From: Phoronis australis | Lineage: Eukaryota > Animalia > Phoronida | DNA length: 64,000 nt | Reading direction: 5' to 3' | Assembly: GCA_002633005.1 (NCBI GenBank) | Contig: NMRA01000253.1 | Span: forward strand, 259,251-323,250 | Made by a program: the position numbers and the translations under genes | The notes under the pieces: model-generated | What the model was told of the DNA's origin: nothing | Seen by the model: the letters and a program-made list of their open reading frames with translations, nothing else | Database searches by the model: none | Shown: positions 49,601 to 61,893 of the stretch, one piece after another | Layout: each line of letters opens with the position of its first letter | Numbering within the stretch: position 1 is the first letter of the stretch

Positions 49601-52253
49601 TGCCTTCACCCACGGTACAGCCCAGTGACGTCAGACGGGCGTTAGCTACTAGGAATTAACAATGGAAAAACGACATTTTACAAAAATGTGAAATAGTAAC
49701 AAATATGTGATTTCAATTAAATTACATCAAAAATGCATATTATTGTACTACATAAACCTTTTAATACGAGAAGTGCATACATTATTGACTGGAGACTAGA
49801 TAATGTAATAGACGATAGTATGACATGCAGTTATCATGATGTTTTTGATTATGACTCTCGATATTCCAAGGACATCACTTCATGGTAATCTTAACAAATT
49901 TGGGAGGATCTAGTTGCAGTTATGACCTTAAAATAATATAGATCAAGTGGTTGGAATTTTACACAACGTTAGGCGAGTCATTGGGAATCACCAAGGCTAG
50001 AACATCTGCAAAGTGTAGAGGGTATTTTCACCGAGAACAACCCTCATGGAAGGATGAAGAGCGTGAAAAGTAAAAAGAGCTCAAGAGTAAAGGTAGGAGT
50101 GCGTGTCCTGTGAATGATTGTAGAAGATATAAATGCTGTTAACATAACATAACATCGGGGTATAGAATATTAATGCGCGATCAAATTAAACAAATGTCTA
50201 AGTTACCAATAAGGCCACATGCGAGGTCTGCGCACGTCTGATACAACGTGTATCAGACCGCCTGCAATTATTTTTTTTTTTACCAATAAGTGCTGGAAAA
50301 ATGTTAAAAAATAAATAAAAACAAACAAACCAAATACGATGTCACTGCACTTAATTGGAAGGAATGCTTTGGTACCCTATTGATTTCTAGCTCTTCATTA
50401 TTGGACGAAGAATTTGCCGCCCAAGTTGACCTCAATAACGAAATGCTTTGCAGACTCTGCTACCAATGTTTTGAAAACTAAGCTATAACAAAAAAACGAA
50501 TGCCCCTAAATCCAATATACATGTACATAAATAAAAGGTCACTGGCATAGATGGAATAAATGTTAAACTCATTAAGATCTCTCAACCAATTAATGTTCTC
50601 TATACGATTAAAGTCCTTCTCTCACGCGTTGTTAACCCTTATTACATGGTTAGAAGATGTTATAAGGATCCAAGAAGTACCTACTCCATAACTAATACAC
50701 GATCCGTACTCGAAAACAGTTTAAATGAACGCGCCACCCACGATTCGCACCCCAAGAAACACTGCCATTTTGAACATGCCGCGAACCCGGAAGTACAATT
50801 CATTCAGGAACCCAGGCCGAGAAAACGTCGTCAGTGCCTGTACAATTACCAGACAGCAAACGGGGACGAACATGGAAAAATATTTGGGTGACTCATACCA
50901 GATATTTGTTACGTAAATACGTATTTGAGACAGTGATAACAAAATATTTGTTGAAAATATTAGATATGTGATACATGTACGATAGGCTTCCAAAATTGTG
51001 TTACGAACTGTTGCGAGTATATGACAAACATGGAAAAACTACTTGGGTAACTCATATCACATATCTTGGTATGGTCTCAGCAAGGGGTAGATAAAAGCAA
51101 TCTTTCTGTCTGAAATTACACTAAGGGCAAAGGATTGTATTTTCCAAGAATGGGAAACTAAGGTCGATAGTAATTATAGTTAATTATCTTTGTTGGCTGT
51201 TTTTCAAAATGTTTGTAGTGCACAATTCTTAGACGTGGTAGAAAATGCACATCTTAGAAAAACCATAACTGAAATTAGACGCTACGTTAAATGTTTAGAA
51301 ATTGAAGCAGGGAGCTGTGTAATTGACAGGGAATTGAGGCAGTGCGTACTTTGTTAAGAGTTTCTAATTTTTATGATCTCCATTTTATTACAAACTGTAC
51401 TTTATAAGATGATTTACGACATACATATACATGTGAGTTTATTTTCGCATTTAGAAACTGTCCATATTCTGCATTAGCTTAATGCAAGATGTCTGACTAT
51501 CGGTCAATCTGTCTAAATACATGCAACACCTGCAGTTCTGCGAATCATCGAGTTTCATTATGAGTATAAATGTTGAATTGCATACGTACATTTCATCAGT
51601 GCAAGCTTCTTTGTACTTTTAGGCATTTTTTCTTGTAGGCGCCGCAGGCTTTCAAGTTCAATTAATTTGTAGCACATTAAAGTGTATCCACTTGATCAAG
51701 CGCCACCTGAGCTCTAACATGAGACCACAAACATGTACCCAGGAGTAATACTAATCGAGGCACTTTTCAATACTACGCAAATTGGAATAGTGTCACTTTT
51801 TTAATGCCATTAAGCATTATCAAATGTAACTCCGTTGTTTTTCAATAGAATTGGATAATCTTAAGTCGACAGGAATCCCTTGATGAGCCGTTGATGGTAT
51901 ATGATAATCCTAGAAACAAAATATAAACATGTTGTTTTCTACATAGTTTTTACTTTGCACATCTGAGAGGTTAAAAGTATTGTTTTTTCAATTCTGAAAA
52001 ATACCGAAAGTGCAAAACATAATATAGGTTGTAATAATGAACCCTTAGTTATCGTCTTGAAGAGTTTTAACCTGACATTCTCAGAGAGAAAATGATAGGT
52101 TAAAAACTCGACCGATTTGCTAACACTAAAACCCGCCGTTATCTTCAAAGTCAATCGCAGCTTCAGCTATAGATCTGTAAAGATTAACTTGAGTAACCAC
52201 GCGCAAACATAGTCCTTTATAAACATTTTTGTAAACAGTGGGGATGGCATTAA

Positions 52254-53563
52254 CAGCGAAGGAAACCTTTTTCATCTCATTTTTAACAAAAATAGGGTTC
52301 GTTGATTATCCCAGACATATTTTTCAATTACTTTCAGCTTTTCGTAATTTAATTAATTACTCATCGTCTACTGCGGAAGTTACGTTTTGGGAGGCAAGAA
52401 TTTCGCGCCAATTTCTTTTCATACAGTCTGACTGTGAGAGCCGTCGAGTCAGTCATTGTTCTACCTCGGTTGTGGTAAGTTCGGTCGTCGTTTGCTTTTG
52501 TTTACGAGTTATTCAACATGCCACGCTGTTGCTGCCTACCGAGATGTACTCATTATCGTCTCACGTACAGGGGAAGAACTGTCCCACATGCCCAAGTGTT
52601 CCGCGACACACTCACAGTGGATGGTGACTTGAGCACCCCAACTGCTTAAATCCCGCCGTGCGACTCTCTCGCCACACACGTGGCACCTTCTAAATACATG
52701 TAGCTCCAATACAAGTCCACAATAAACATATCAAACTTAGGATCACCGACGCGTTCATTGGATAACGAACTGTCCTTTTCACTGGGTGTCAAACTGGGCC
52801 TGTATTCACTCCCACTACTCAACTTCGCTGCAGGGCTGCTTGCGTGCTCTGTACTAGAGACAACCGTGAGCACACGGGGAATCACTGCTAGTTCCTGGAA
52901 TTGCACGCTATGGGGTATGTTCGGAGGCAAGGGTGACAGTAGATGAAGTGCTTCCAGTCACTGTTCATAGTGGCCACAGCTCGCGAGGCTTCTCGCTTCA
53001 AAAACGCACTTCTCGGGGGTGGCAACGGGGCACTGCCGAGAATAAACAGCGACAGTATGGAACCCTTCTTCAAGCGTTGTTTCGAAGGGACCTTCATCAA
53101 TTCAGCATATCCCTGTCGTAATCTGACGGCTGAAAATGCTTGCCAATGCTTTGTTCGTTGCGTGGACGGGTAGCGCTGCGTTCTTCACACGAACGAGCTT
53201 AAGTACGGCGGAGTGTTTCATCCTTCGGAAAGCGATGCAAGGTACCCAAAGCGCGTGTGAGACGATAATGAGTACATCCCGGTACGTAGCAACAGCGTGG
53301 CATGTTGACTGACTCGTAAACAAAAGCAAACGACGACCGAACTTATCTCATTCGAGATAGAACAACGACTGACTTGACAGCTCTCACAGTCTGACTGAAA
53401 AGAAATTGGCGCCAAATTCTTGTCTCCCAAAACGTTACTTCCGGAGTAGAGGACAAGAAATTAATTAAATTACGAGAACTTGTAATTAAGAGAAAAATAT
53501 CTCTGAGATAATCAACAAATCTTATTTTTGGTAAAAGTGACATGAAGAAGGTTGTCTTCGCCT
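52254..53563 (-). mobile_element. Kolobok-like element with TTAA TSD, ~310-bp TIRs and a THAP remnant
   Basis: TTAA|CAGCGAAGGAAACC..GGTTGTCTTCGCCT|TTAA; inverted arms ~52254-52566 and ~53256-53563. Confidence 0.8.
53040..53303 (-). pseudogene. THAP domain remnant
   Basis: MPRCCYVPGCTHYRLTRALGTLHRFPKDETLRRT*..KHFQPSDY..RLKKGSI. Confidence 0.75.
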
Positions 53564-55626
53564 TTAAAGTTTGTTTAAATGTCCACTGTGAAAGTTTTTA
53601 ATGGCACAGATGTTTCGTACATGTTGCTACTAGGTTTTTTAATATGAGAATCCAGCTAGAATTCTGTAACAAAAATTTCCGTAGAAATTTGTTGCTTCAA
53701 TAATGTTGCTGGGCATGCAGCTCAACAGGTCAGGAACCAAGAGTTGAAAGTTGAGCAAAAAACCTGTCATGGTACAATACTGGGCATGACGGCAGATAAA
53801 TTATCTTATTATTGAACTAGTGCCAATCAGTGAAGACTTTAATTATATCGTGAAAATAAGCCAACTAGAAGGTAGTCATTTTAGAGGTGACTAGTTAAAT
53901 CCTACGGATCTAGTTTCAATGATAGAAAAGATTACTGCCGGATGAAGAAAAGACCTTACAATAAGGACCGCTGACAGTTGCTGTGGCGAATGCAGTCGGC
54001 ATTCATCCAAATTATTAATTTTCTTATATTAATTAGACCTTAGGTGCCGTAAGGCGTAACTACATGTATGTTTTGAGTAAAACTGCAAGTTGCGACGACA
54101 TTATCAAAAGGTCATGATAAATAATTTCTCCAGTTATCATAAAGAAAATTCAAATAAGGGCGGAGGTATATTATGCAGCCTTAAAATTAACTGTGGCAAG
54201 GTCATAACATAGGTTCACTTTTTATTGTAACACAAGCATAAGACAATACAAAAATAGTATAAACAATTAGCTCAGGAAATGAATTTTATCCAGGCTTTTA
54301 TGTTCATCTATCCATAAACTATGTCAGTAAAATATAATACTGAGCAATGACACAAATAGGAATAATTAATAACAAAATCAATTCAAATCAAACGGAATTA
54401 AAGGTAAATACATTTAAAAATACAAAACACAACAATTAGTATATTTTAGAAATGAAACTCTTACCGGTACATTTAAAAGTGTTATCATTCAGGTTTTGCG
54501 TTTTTGCAGCTTTTGAAAAAAGGCTAGATATTGGATGAAGTTCAGGGTCATCGGACTTTATTTCTATTAGGCGAGTGCATGTCTCCAATGAGTTAGTGCA
54601 TAAGCGGATTTAGGGGGCCCTTGGGCCTCCCTCCCCCTTGGCTGCCGCAAAAAATAAAACAGCAAGAGCGTAGGGAAATGCTGAACGTATTAATTAACCC
54701 CGGTAATTAAAATTATACGGATGAAACAAGATTTAAATGTATGCAGTCAAATTTGGAAAAACGACGCATTCGTAACGGAACTATGGCTAAGTTTTGGCTC
54801 TCCCGCGATATCCCAGGCGGCAGCAGTGGCGCTGCGCACTACGACTCCGCTTCCGTCATCTTCTCCACTGTGCAATGAAGAAAATTTACTTCATTTTTGT
54901 AAAGAAAATGAAAACTGAGTGATGATGAAAAAACGTAAACTGCTGGTAAGATGTGAATTTTAATCGGAGCCTTAGTGAATCACTCAGAAACTCCTATTTC
55001 TCTCTTTGTCAAACCTTAACTTCATACGATTTCCAAAGCAATCCCGTCATTATTGCCAACACGAAAAACGGACTTGGTCTTTTGAGGGATTTGAAGACTA
55101 TTTCAAATACAACAAATTTGTTAAGAACCGATTGCACAAAATATAAAACGTGTAATAAGCATTACAAAAAGAAGTAGGTTTCTCGCGCAAACGCTGTGGA
55201 CCATAAACAAGTACATGTTGCTCTCTTAGTATCAGACTAGGAGTTAAATCGTACTGGTGTAGGGGTGAAGCACGCTCGCTTTATCCGCCAGGTCTTGAGT
55301 GCCAGTCTGTGGTACTTGCAGTTTTTCCTGTTTGACACGTTCTCCGTGTTTTTTTTTGTTGTTGCCTTTTTTCTTGGATAATAGTTCAGGCATCAAGGAA
55401 AATGCTTGATTTTTAGAAGGAAAAACAGAAAAATTTCCTGGGCGGTAGGGGGGCAAACCCCCCTCCCGACGTCCCCCCATTAGGTGGTTTGCGCAAATGT
55501 CTTAAAGCCGGAGAAAATGTTGTTCCCCCTTTGTGATATCCAAGATCCACCACTGCAGTGTAGCGATAATAACCAGTTACATGTACTCCGTTTCGACTGT
55601 TGAATGGACTTCGTGAGTCACTTGCA

Positions 55627-55790
55627 TGTTGAAAATCATTTATTAGTTTAAGTTCCTTCTACGTTACATCGACCGCATTATTACGATTAACTGTTTCGGT
55701 GTAGTTAGTCATTTTTGCTCAATAGATGAGGTCATTCTCACGATGTGCTGTGGTTTTATTTTTTCCAATCAAAAGTGATAAATTTCAACT
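55627..55790 (+). repeat. Copia 5' LTR
   Basis: TGTTGAAAATCATTTATTAG...TTTCAAC, directly before the PBS. Confidence 0.9.
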
Positions 55791-55804
55791 GGTTATGGGC
55801 CCAG
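55791..55804 (+). promoter_or_regulatory. Primer binding site (copia-type, internal fragment of initiator tRNA-Met)
   Basis: GGTTATGGGCCCAG, the PBS known from Drosophila copia-type elements. Confidence 0.85.
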
Positions 55805-57370
55805 GACGCTATTGCGACTTTACAGTTGAATTGAATGAAATCTGGACGATTTTTGTGTGCCACTAATTGGTTGATTTGTGACGTTGCGTCGTTGTTTTTG
55901 ACTTGGAAAACGGACGACTGTTGAACGTGAAAAATCAAAGATGGCGGAAAAATCAGTGATTTCGGTAATTTCACCGTAGGTTGGTAAAAACTATACAACG
56001 TGGAAGGTTCAGTGTCAAATGGCACTGATGAAAAATGGCCTATGGAACAATATCGCGGGTAAGGAAGATTCTCCTTCGGGATATGATGCTTCAAAACTCG
56101 AGAAATACAATGTAAGAAGGGACAAAGCCCTTGCTACCATAGTTCTCTCAATGGACACTAGTTTGTTGTACATACTAGGAGACCCGGTGGATCCCTGTGA
56201 CGTGTGGCAGAAATTGCAGAACCAGTTTCAAAGGAAAACTTGGATAAATAAGCTGCATTTACGTAAGAAACTATATTCAATGAAGTTAAATGCAGGTGAT
56301 GACGTCAGTGCTCATATCAAATCCATGACTGAGCTTCTTAATGAACTTGCAGTAATTGGTGATACAGGAAACGATGAAGATCGTGTTGTGCATCTTCTTG
56401 CAAGTCTTTCCGATATGTATGCTGTGTTGTTTTACAGCATTGGAAGCTTGCGAGGAGGTGCCTAGGATGGAATTAGTGACTGAGCGTTTATTACACGAGG
56501 AGCGGAAACTTAGCGAACAGTCAGCCGGGGAAGCACTTGTCGCTCGGGAAAAGACTAGGTTAAACGAGGGTCCTCAGTGTTATGGATGTAAATTGTATGG
56601 TCACATAAAACGTAATTGTCCAAACAAAAATGGCAGTGATAGAAAATACAAAGCCGATACAGCCAACATAGCGACTAAGGACAGTGAGAGTGAGGTGTCT
56701 GTTGGCTTGCTGATCAATGCAATGCTTACTAATGCTAGGTCTACACGTGAATGGATCATAGACTCGGGAGCACCAACACACATGTGCAAGGACAAAGCAA
56801 AATATACCGAGTTTACGGAGCTTCAGGACAGTAGAGACGTAACGCTTGGGGATGGGCGTGTTTTAAAAGGAACCGGCCAAGGAGCGGTTAAACTCGAACT
56901 TGATTCCCTGAACGGGAATAGCACAAAATGTGTGTTAGAAAATGTTCTGTTTGTACCAAGCCTGTAATTCAGTTTCTTAAGCGTTTCACAAGCTACCAGC
57001 AAACTTGGCACCATAGAATTTACTAATACTGAATGTAACATTATGGATGATGTTGGTAAAGCAGTTGCAAAAGGCCGTAAAGTCAATGGCCTGTATTACT
57101 TAAATGTAAAGCCCGTGACTGAGTGTGTGTCAGTAGCAGAGACTAACTCACAGTTTGAGTTGTGACATCGTCGTTTTGGACATTCAGGTGGCCAAAGTTT
57201 GAAACAGTTGATACGCAGTAAGATGACAATTGGACTTGACTGTAAGTCGGATTGTAAACTGGGAGTTTGTGAGCCTTGTGTTCAAGGTAAACTGCACAGA
57301 GCCAGATCTCCAGAAGGTAAGGCCCATCGTAGCAATGTTTCTCTGGGACTCGTGCACACTGATGTTTCTG

Positions 57371-57769
57371 GGCCCGGTCTCCAATCTTTTACTCGAAACG
57401 GAACTCGAAATTAGGTTTGGCATTTCCTACTCTACTTTTGGGCGAACTCAAGATAAGTGTCTATTATTCTATGCTCGAGTACACAATAACTTACGAAGAT
57501 AATTTATTGCCCTTAGTTCACAGTTTGTAAACTCAATATTAAAGCAATAAGTTCGAGTTTGAACTCGAAATTTCGAGTTTTACTCAAGTTTGTAGCACGA
57601 ATATAAGGGTCTTCAAGGGCAAACTTGAACTAGAAACTCCTATGCATAAACTATAATGTATTCGAGCACAGTCTGATAACCAATTATCTTAAGTTAGCAC
57701 AAAAGGAGCAGAGAAATTGCCAAAAATAGTTTCGAGTTCGTTTCGAGTACAAAGATTAGAGACCGGGCC
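57371..57769 (+). mobile_element. Harbinger-like MITE inserted in the Copia integrase, TSD CTG
   Basis: Removing the MITE plus one CTG restores VHTDVSGKVSTASLSGFECFLSFVDDYSRYTWVYFIKRK. Confidence 0.95.
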
Positions 57770-60298
57770 CTGGTAAAGTGAGCACAGCTTCCCTCAGTGG
57801 CTTTGAATGCTTTCTATCATTTGTCGATGATTATTCCCGGTATACTTGGGTGTACTTTATCAAGCGTAAGGATCAGGTATTCGATACCTTTTTAGAATGG
57901 AAGGCTATGGCTTACTGGTCAGAAACTCAAAACTCTCAGATCTGACAGTGGAGGAGAGTACATTTCAAAGCAGTTTGAACAGTACCTCAGACGAGAGGGA
58001 ATCAGACACCAAGTAACTGTTCCGAAGACACCAGAGCAAAACGGAGTTGCCAAAAGAATGAATCGCACCCTTGTCGAAACTGCACGCTCAATGCTTGCTG
58101 AATCGCTTTTACCCAGAAGTTTTTGGGCAGAGGAAGTCTCCACTGCTACCCATTTGCGAAACCTAAGTCCTACGAGGGCAGTAAAAGGTAAAACTCCATT
58201 TGCGGCTTTAATGGGGAGAAACCGAGCGTTGACACTCTACGTGTTTTTGGCTGCAGAGCATACGCACATATGCCTAAGGACGAACCTTCTAAGTTTGATT
58301 CAAAATCTAGAAAGACCATCTTTCTATGTTATGCACCTGGTAGTATGGCATATGGTGTATGTGATATAACTCGTGATCGAGTCATTCTTACTCGTGATGT
58401 TGTGTTTGATAAATACATATTCGGACTTGAGAAGGAGTATAAAAGGCCATCGGTACTGTCTGAGATTGGTAGTGAGAAATGTATCGATGTGGAACAGGCG
58501 GATGATAACCAGTCGGAATCGAATGAAACTCCTGATTATTCGGTAGAGTTACTTACGTCGAACCGCGAGAGACACAGTCCAGATAGGTACGGTGAATGGG
58601 TTTACACTGCTCAAAATAAGTCTCAACCTATTTCGGTGAGTGAAGCATTATCCGGCTCTAACAAGGTAAACTGGAGGTCTGCTATGGATAAGGAATTGGA
58701 ATCACTTTGTGAACACAATGTGTGGACATTGGTTGAACCCCCATAAATCGCTCTGTTGTTGGGTGTAAATGTGAGTTTAAAGAGAAACTTGGGTCTGGCG
58801 GCTGTGTTCAGCGTTACAAGGCACGGCTAGTGGCACAGGGTTTCTCAAAATGTTTTGGTTAGGACTATGATGACACTGTTAGTCCTGTTGTAAGACCGGA
58901 GACTGTAGGAGCATTGATTGCTCTTGCATTAAAGCAAAATATGATGCTTCGTTAGATTGATGTGAACACTGCATTTCTAAATGGTGTGTTACATGAAGAG
59001 GTGTACATGACACAACCCGATGTGATTGGTTGAGAAAGGCAAGGAAAACATTGTCTGTAAGATCGACAAGAGTATTTATGGGTTGAAACAGTCACCTTGT
59101 TGTAGGAACATTGTTTTGGGTGAGCATTTGCACAACATTGGTTTTAAACGTTCAGATAACGATCCATGCATTTATATGTTGGATGGTGGTACTACTATAA
59201 TAGCAGTTTATGTCGATGACATACATATTGCTGCAACTGATGATGAAGAAATGTCAGAGATTAAGCGAGCAATAAAGGCAAAATTCAAAGTAACTGACAT
59301 CCTTGGGGGTTGTGATTGATCACCTATCAAATGATTGCGCGGTTAGTTTGTCACAATCAGCTTACACTACCAAAGTCCTGGACAACTTTTGTATGAGCGA
59401 GTGTAAGCCAGTCAGTACCCCTATGGAAATGGGTTTGAAACTTGAACCAAATGATGTTGCTACTTTTGATCATGGATTGAATTGTATATCAGTTTGCTGT
59501 TGGAAGTTTACTATATCTGAGCCAGTGGACAAGGCCAGATATAGCATTTGCAGTGAGTCGTGTTTCTCACTTCTGCTCGAAACCGACCGAACAGCACTGA
59601 TTTGCTGTAAAGCGGATAATGCGATACTTGAAAGTATCGGTTAATTTCGGATTGCAATTTCCAAGTAGTGAGTTCTCGGACTGTGTTGGACATTCCGACT
59701 CAGACTGTGGAGGAGATGTCGTACGTAGATCGACATCTGGATATAATTGTTATGTGGCTGGATCAGTTGTCAGCTGGAGAAGCAAACATCAATCATGTGT
59801 TGCTCTGTCATCGGGTGAAGTGGAGTATGTTGCCTTGGGGATGGCTGCACAGGAAGCCATGTGACTTTCCAAACTTGTGCTCGAGTTGAATGGAATTCAA
59901 AAACCGATGACTATTTTTGAGGATACCCGGGCAGCCATATCCATGTGTCACAATCCAAAATTTCATGGTCGTGCCAAACACATTGAAATCAAACATCACT
60001 TTATCCGTGATCTGGTCAGCACTGGTTCTATTGACTTAAAGTATTGTTGCAGTGTACTAATGATAGTAGATATGTTGACCAAGCCATTGCCAAGAGAAGC
60101 ATTCGAAAAACTCAGGGCCATGGCAGGAGTTAGTTAAACATTAGTTTGCTATTTGCTCAACGGTTAACATAAGCGAGGAGGAGTGTTAGCATTTATTAGT
60201 TAACGTCTAGTGGATACTTTATCATACCTGCATTGAGGACTTTGAGAAACTCTTTTATTGGTTATGTTTGAACTTAAACACAAACAACTGAGGAGGAG

Positions 60299-60475
60299 TG
60301 TTGGAAATCATTTATTAGTTTACATGGAAGTTCCTTCTACATGTAGGTTGCATCGACCGCATTATTACGATTAGTTGTTTCGTTGTAGTTAGTCTCTTTT
60401 GCTCAATAGATTAGGTCATTCTTACGATGTGTTGTGGTTTTATTTTTTCCAGTCAAAAAGTGATATATTTCAACA
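60299..60475 (+). repeat. Copia 3' LTR
   Basis: TGTTGGAAATCATTTATTAG...TTTCAACA after the PPT. Confidence 0.9.
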
Positions 60476-60934
60476 CTGCATTCATCAGATCAACAAGACA
60501 AAAACTGCATTGCGTATTTTTTGTTTTAATGCAAATCGACAATTCTCGCCGTTTTTTCCGGACATTCGCTGAAATCCCGACTGGTGACGTTACTGTTTAT
60601 ATATCCTTTTAAAAATATACGAAATTTGTTGTACGGGGTTTGCCTCAGCGGCAGAGGGTCAGGTCCCAACTACGGAGCAACACGGTTTGCAGTGAAAAGG
60701 TAACTTTTAACTAATAGTGTTCCTTTAAGAGAAAATTTCGTTCGCGGTAGTGTGGCAAATGAGATGAAGTATTCACGTGACTGTAAATTGCTGTGGACAA
60801 TTTTGGTTCACAAAATATATCTTCATTCTCAACAAGGATTTTAAAAATACATAGTTTGTGCATTATACTTTAGTAAATATTTAAAGAAATGCAACCTCTG
60901 GAAACTAAAGTAGTAGATTCCTACAAGCAGTCAA

Positions 60935-61160
60935 TATTACATGTACATGCAAAAATACATCCATTATTCTATCCACAAATTTACTTCCTGCATTCATAAA
61001 ATTACATCCACAAAGTTACTTACCCAGAAAGTACATCAACAGAACCTACATGCCCAAAATTACATGTGTACTTCCACAAAAAGTCAAATCAAATCCACAA
61101 AATTACATCTGCAATTCACCAAAAACTACGTTAGCAAAAATTACATCTATAAAATCTAAC
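60935..61160. repeat. Degenerate tandem repeat (AAAATTACATC-like units)
   Basis: Recurrent aaaattacat/aaagttact/aagtacatc units at roughly 20-30-bp spacing. Confidence 0.6.
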
Positions 61161-61893
61161 TTTTCCCGTCAAATACGTTACATGACATCATTGACAAGTA
61201 AAACTTTCTATGCTGATTTTTTTACAAAAACAAGAAAAAGCACGAGGCATAACTAAGCAGCTTTTACTACTTTCAGTACCGGACTAACCGTTACGTGACT
61301 CTTTATAGTGACTTTGTGTTAAGACAGCAGTCGGTCTGCACTATCCGGTCTATATATTGGCTCTACATACAGTGTACACTGTATTGCGTATCAAAATCAC
61401 AAAAGACAATTTGGCGACTTTTTAGCCGTCACGTACATGTATCATTTTCTTGACTCTGTGCAAATGTACTACTAGTCTGTTGGAATTAGTGCTGTAAGGA
61501 GAATGTCAACATTTCATGTTACTTTAAGATCTGAATTAATGACTTTTTGCAATTTTTCTTTAACCAATTGGGTACCATATTAATGTTGACGCCAAAGTTT
61601 GCATATAAACACAGTTCTGCAGAGACGCCTAGGCGTTTGTAAGCGGGGTAATAGACACCGACTGAAATGTTATGCTACGTCAAATTAAACAAGTTTCCTT
61701 GTATAAAATATTTCCAAGTCCTAATTGGCAACACGTTTTTAGATTTATTGACAAATAGAAACTATTCATTAACAAAGGCCAAAGTGATTTTTGTAAGACA
61801 ACCCTATATTCCTTACCAACAAACTTTTAAACCATAGTATCTTTGGGAGTTTCCAAAACATACTAGTAAGGCTTGAAATTAACGCCAGAAGAC

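Larger units (their letters stand above)
55627..60475 (+). mobile_element. Ty1/Copia LTR retrotransposon, structurally complete but inactivated
   Basis: LTRs at 55627-55790 and 60299-60475; PBS GGTTATGGGCCCAG; PPT GAGGAGGAG; flanks TTGCA/CTGCA; gag, CYGCKLYGHIKRNC knuckle, WIIDSGA protease, integrase, YVDD RT and RNase H in PR-IN-RT-RH order, with stops and frameshifts. Confidence 0.95.

Noticed and set aside
47340-49640. Inverted match TGACGTCACTG.GGCTGTA suggesting a TIR element
   Set aside because: Short match, with no termini or TSD definable.
54599-55555. Possible hAT-like element bounded by CATAAGCGGATTT / AGATCCACCACTG
   Set aside because: Imperfect TIRs and no TSD; only the shared end was kept as a dispersed repeat.
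60935-61160. Spaced repeats resembling a CRISPR array
   Set aside because: Eukaryotic context, degenerate units, no unique spacers and no cas genes.
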